Positions 27,901-64,000 of a stretch of 64,000 bases of DNA are shown one piece after another. The notes beneath the pieces are model-generated. The model was given only the letters and a program-made list of their open reading frames with translations. It searched no databases and had not been told where the DNA came from. Every line of letters begins with the position of its first letter. Position 1 is the stretch's first letter. This DNA comes from Lingula anatina (lineage: Eukaryota > Animalia > Brachiopoda): positions 10,850,001-10,914,000 of the forward strand of contig CM120641.1 in the NCBI GenBank assembly GCA_051362555.1, written 5' to 3'. Position numbers and translations under genes: made by a program.

Positions 27901-28289
27901 ATAGCTTTTAGTAGGGGGAGGGAGTTGATTCACTGACGAGGTGCTGGTGCTTCAGTCTTAGGGTCTATTCCCACAACTTTAGATCGATCTATCACCGCGG
28001 GGAGTCTCACTAGATTACTGTCAGATAATCCCCCTTAAGTGTCCGTCCCCGCCTACTATAAGCTGTAAGGGGTAATTAACTTTCGTATCCGCCCGGCTGA
28101 CAGCTATTTAGCGCGAACCCCGGGGAGTTAGGTCGATCTAAAGTAGGTCGATCTAATCTATGGAAATGGGGTGTTAAACGCAAGGGCTTTCGGACCTACC
28201 TTAACACGAGAAGATGGTATCTTTTTCAGTTTTAAAGCCCATGTAGGTGGTTCATATGGTATCCTGCAAAAAAAGCTCGATGTGGCCAT
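21958..28289 (-). CDS. D-cysteine desulfhydrase-like paralog B. Exons 28289-28200, 27615-27502, 27091-26933, 24990-24854, 24166-24067, 23446-23346, 22966-22803, 22387-22247, 22046-21958
   Basis: Same exon sizes and phases as paralog A (exon 1 has one extra codon). Motifs [54 protein letters not shown]; open frame to TAA; introns partly alignable to paralog A. Confidence 0.93.
23589..23723. mobile_element. 135-bp near-perfect palindromic MITE with 8-bp TSD (AGTCCTGC)
   Basis: 67-bp arms CACCCTGAGC...GTGTCAAGT / ACTTGACAC...GCTCAGGGTG around a 1-nt centre at 23656, with one mismatch. TSD at 23581-23588 and 23724-23731. Absent from the paralogous intron of copy A (about 15800). Confidence 0.9.
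24351..24715. mobile_element. Probable old TTAA-flanked insertion (Kolobok-like) specific to paralog B intron 4
   Basis: TTAA on both sides, only weakly complementary ends, and absent from the alignable paralog A intron (about 16530). Confidence 0.4.
25980..26671 (+). mobile_element. 5'-truncated non-LTR retrotransposon (LINE ORF2 C-terminus with Cys/His finger), poly-A tail, 13-bp TSD
   Basis: Degenerate [23 protein letters not shown]...ILNRTRVG...[19 protein letters not shown]; AATAAA at 26651 followed by an A-tail; ATGTCGCTCACTA duplicated at 25967-25979 and 26672-26684. Confidence 0.85.
27960..28170. mobile_element. MITE family P1 copy in intron 1 of paralog B
   Basis: Homologous to 19930-20183 (AGATCGATCTATC...GGGGAGTCTCACTA...AAGCTGTAAGGGGTAATT...GGAGTTAGGTCGATC) and absent from paralog A intron 1. 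Confidence 0.75.
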
Positions 28290-29120
28290 AATGCTTCCCT
28301 CTTGCTACTGTCCGATCAATTCTGAGCTGGAAGTCTGACACGCGTTAATAAAAGTGGCACAGTGTTGATTACATTGCGCTATGCCGATATCGTCGTGTTC
28401 AAACAACATATAGGCCTACCATCAGTGTACCAACAAACCTGCCCGAGACCGGTATTAAGTGGATTTCAACCTTCTTTTCTATTTAAAAGTAGACTATTTT
28501 ACTTATCTAGGTGCTCAGATTGTAAAGAGATTTTAAAGAGACCTTGGCCCCGTATCTCGAACGCTTCGCTTATGGCGAGAGGGCGCAAGCATGCTGATTC
28601 CTCGCTATCCCATATCTCGAAAGCCTCGCAAATTGCGACCGTGCGCTAATTAGCGAAATCACCATTAGTTTCGAAGCTATTATTTGCGGCGGTAGGGTAC
28701 AAACTAGTCGCAATGCATAATTCGTCAGTTCTAAACTCTTTTTGGCAGTACGAGATATTAATTTGGTCAACTCTGACCTTACGTGTCGACTTTATTTGAG
28801 TCGTATCAACAATTAGTGGAAGTGGTTTATATGCATTATTGGGAATCCACGCTCGTGCTATTTTTAAACTCTAAGATAGGTAATCCGGAGTCGATTAATG
28901 TTTTGCTTCAAATTAAAGCAAGTGACTTTATTTGGTAAATAGTCAGATTCCTTTAAAATCTGTAAGGTCAGATAAGTTTGGCGAAAATTATTGATTTCCT
29001 TGTGTGTAAGTGTTGTTATTTTTTCCCCATGTATTCAATATTTGTTCCCCACGTTTACTCAGCTTTGCTGTGTTTTGCTTTTCTCAACTGACACATTGTA
29101 GGAAGGTGAAGGTCGTAGTG
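28290..29120. promoter_or_regulatory. Bidirectional promoter region between desulfhydrase B (-) and LRPPRC-like (+)
   Basis: The two ATGs are about 830 bp apart, head-to-head. A CpG-enriched patch at about 28550-28720 has several TCTCG/CTCGC/GCGAGA partial motifs. Confidence 0.6.
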
Positions 29121-62752
<33,632 letters not shown>

Positions 62753-63220
62753 GTAAATACAACCTTTTTAATTACATCGAAAATAAAACTCATTTGTTTA
62801 TGCTAATAACCTTTACCCCATTAAATGTCTTTGGTTTGAGACTCTGACACAATTGTGTAATCCAATCATCCATAAAATTCCGTAAAGACTGAAATTTTGA
62901 TTTTCTATGATGTACGATGTAGAGCTGAGACTGAAGTGGGTGTGGTTATTGGTATCATTACCATTTCATTTCAAGCTCAGTGACAACTTCAAATAATGTC
63001 CAGAGCTAAGTGATGTGGAAGTCCAATATATCGTGTATGGTAAATCCAAATGTGATTTTGAATTTTGCCCCTATGTTAAAAATGAGCCCTCCCAAGTAGT
63101 CTCCTGTTTTATATAGGGTTCCTCCTTCAAGGAGTTTTAGACAATTTCTTTCACTATCATGTCAATCAACTGGGACAATAAATTTTTCAAAGCTATCTAT
63201 CATAATGCACAACTAAACAT

Positions 63221-64000
63221 TTTTATGTACAGACACAGATGTGTCTGCACCTATAGCCATCACCTACGTCTGTAGTTGCCCTTGTCGCACGTGCACTTTC
63301 AGTGATGACTCGATAAGTGGAAAACCATTTTTTCTTTTGTCTTCAAACTTACATAACTGACTAATTTTCGTCAAATATAGGCCAAGTTTGAAAACCAGCT
63401 TGATCAGATCATTTTTCAAAAAGTTGTGCTGTTTTTTCCCTTTTTAAAGCATATATGCTATATAGATAACACATCTCAAGGAAAAACCGATATTGCTTCA
63501 TACTTACATGAGTGATCAGTATATCTAAAACACAGGTCAAGTTTGGAAACCAGCCTGATCAGATTATTTTTCTTGAAGTAACACAGTTTTTCACATCATG
63601 GCATTTTCAAGGAGTGACTTTTAACTTCCTTGGGCTTGAAGGCATTTCCTGAATATCCATGATACTTTTATTTCATTATAAAAGAATGGTGGTGCTTTTG
63701 CTGTTAAGCATTATGTAATATTGTATCAAAATTGAAGGATATCTTATTATGGGGACTGACAGAAAAGAATCATTGAACTAAAATATAACTTGTAATGAGT
63801 TAGAAAATCAGCCTAACTGCATTATGTTTCTGGAAGTAATACAGTTTTTTCTGAATACATTATATGCAATACAGATAATAAATTCAAAGAAAACTAATAG
63901 GCCTGCTGTCTTCAAATTTACAGTGTTACTAAAATACAGTTTCAGTCTGAAAATCAGCTGGATTTTGGACCATGTTTCTTGAAGTTTTGCTGTTTTTTTT
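63221..64000 (+). mobile_element. Probable Helentron-like family D element with degenerate internal tandem repeats, running off the window
   Basis: 5' hairpin TGTACAGACAC-AGAT-GTGTCTGCAC; repeats of CAAGTTTG(G/A)AAACCAGCYTGATCAGAT at about 63383 and 63538, weaker at about 63800 and 63945; similar 5' end at 62446. Confidence 0.55.

Noticed and set aside
14230-28289. ACC deaminase, or recent horizontal transfer from bacteria
   Set aside because: Diagnostic residues are DCD-type (YTGK, HTGG), the genes have 8 spliceosomal introns, and the N-terminus resembles eukaryotic plant-type DCD.

Overview
This is AT-rich, intron-rich animal genomic DNA, probably a marine invertebrate such as a mollusc (inference). 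It holds five protein-coding genes. (1) The 3' part of INO80 (+, to the stop at 8480). (2) A 3-exon ChaC glutathione-specific gamma-glutamylcyclotransferase (+) with an ATF4/CRE-type promoter. (3, 4) Two intact, tandem 9-exon paralogs of a PLP-dependent D-cysteine desulfhydrase-like enzyme (-). (5) A long, divergent LRPPRC-like mitochondrial PPR gene (+), head-to-head with the upstream desulfhydrase, with at least 29 exons and no stop found in the window. The LRPPRC-like introns are packed with non-autonomous Helentron/Helitron2-type elements from several families. One family carries arrays of a 146-bp unit containing perfect nuclear-receptor DR1 and ERR/SF1-type sites. The window also has a Kolobok-like element nested in a Harbinger-like MITE, several palindromic MITEs, a 5'-truncated LINE with a 13-bp TSD, and microsatellites. 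Exon models were built by eye from GT-AG boundaries and frame continuity; family assignments rest on recalled motifs, not database searches.
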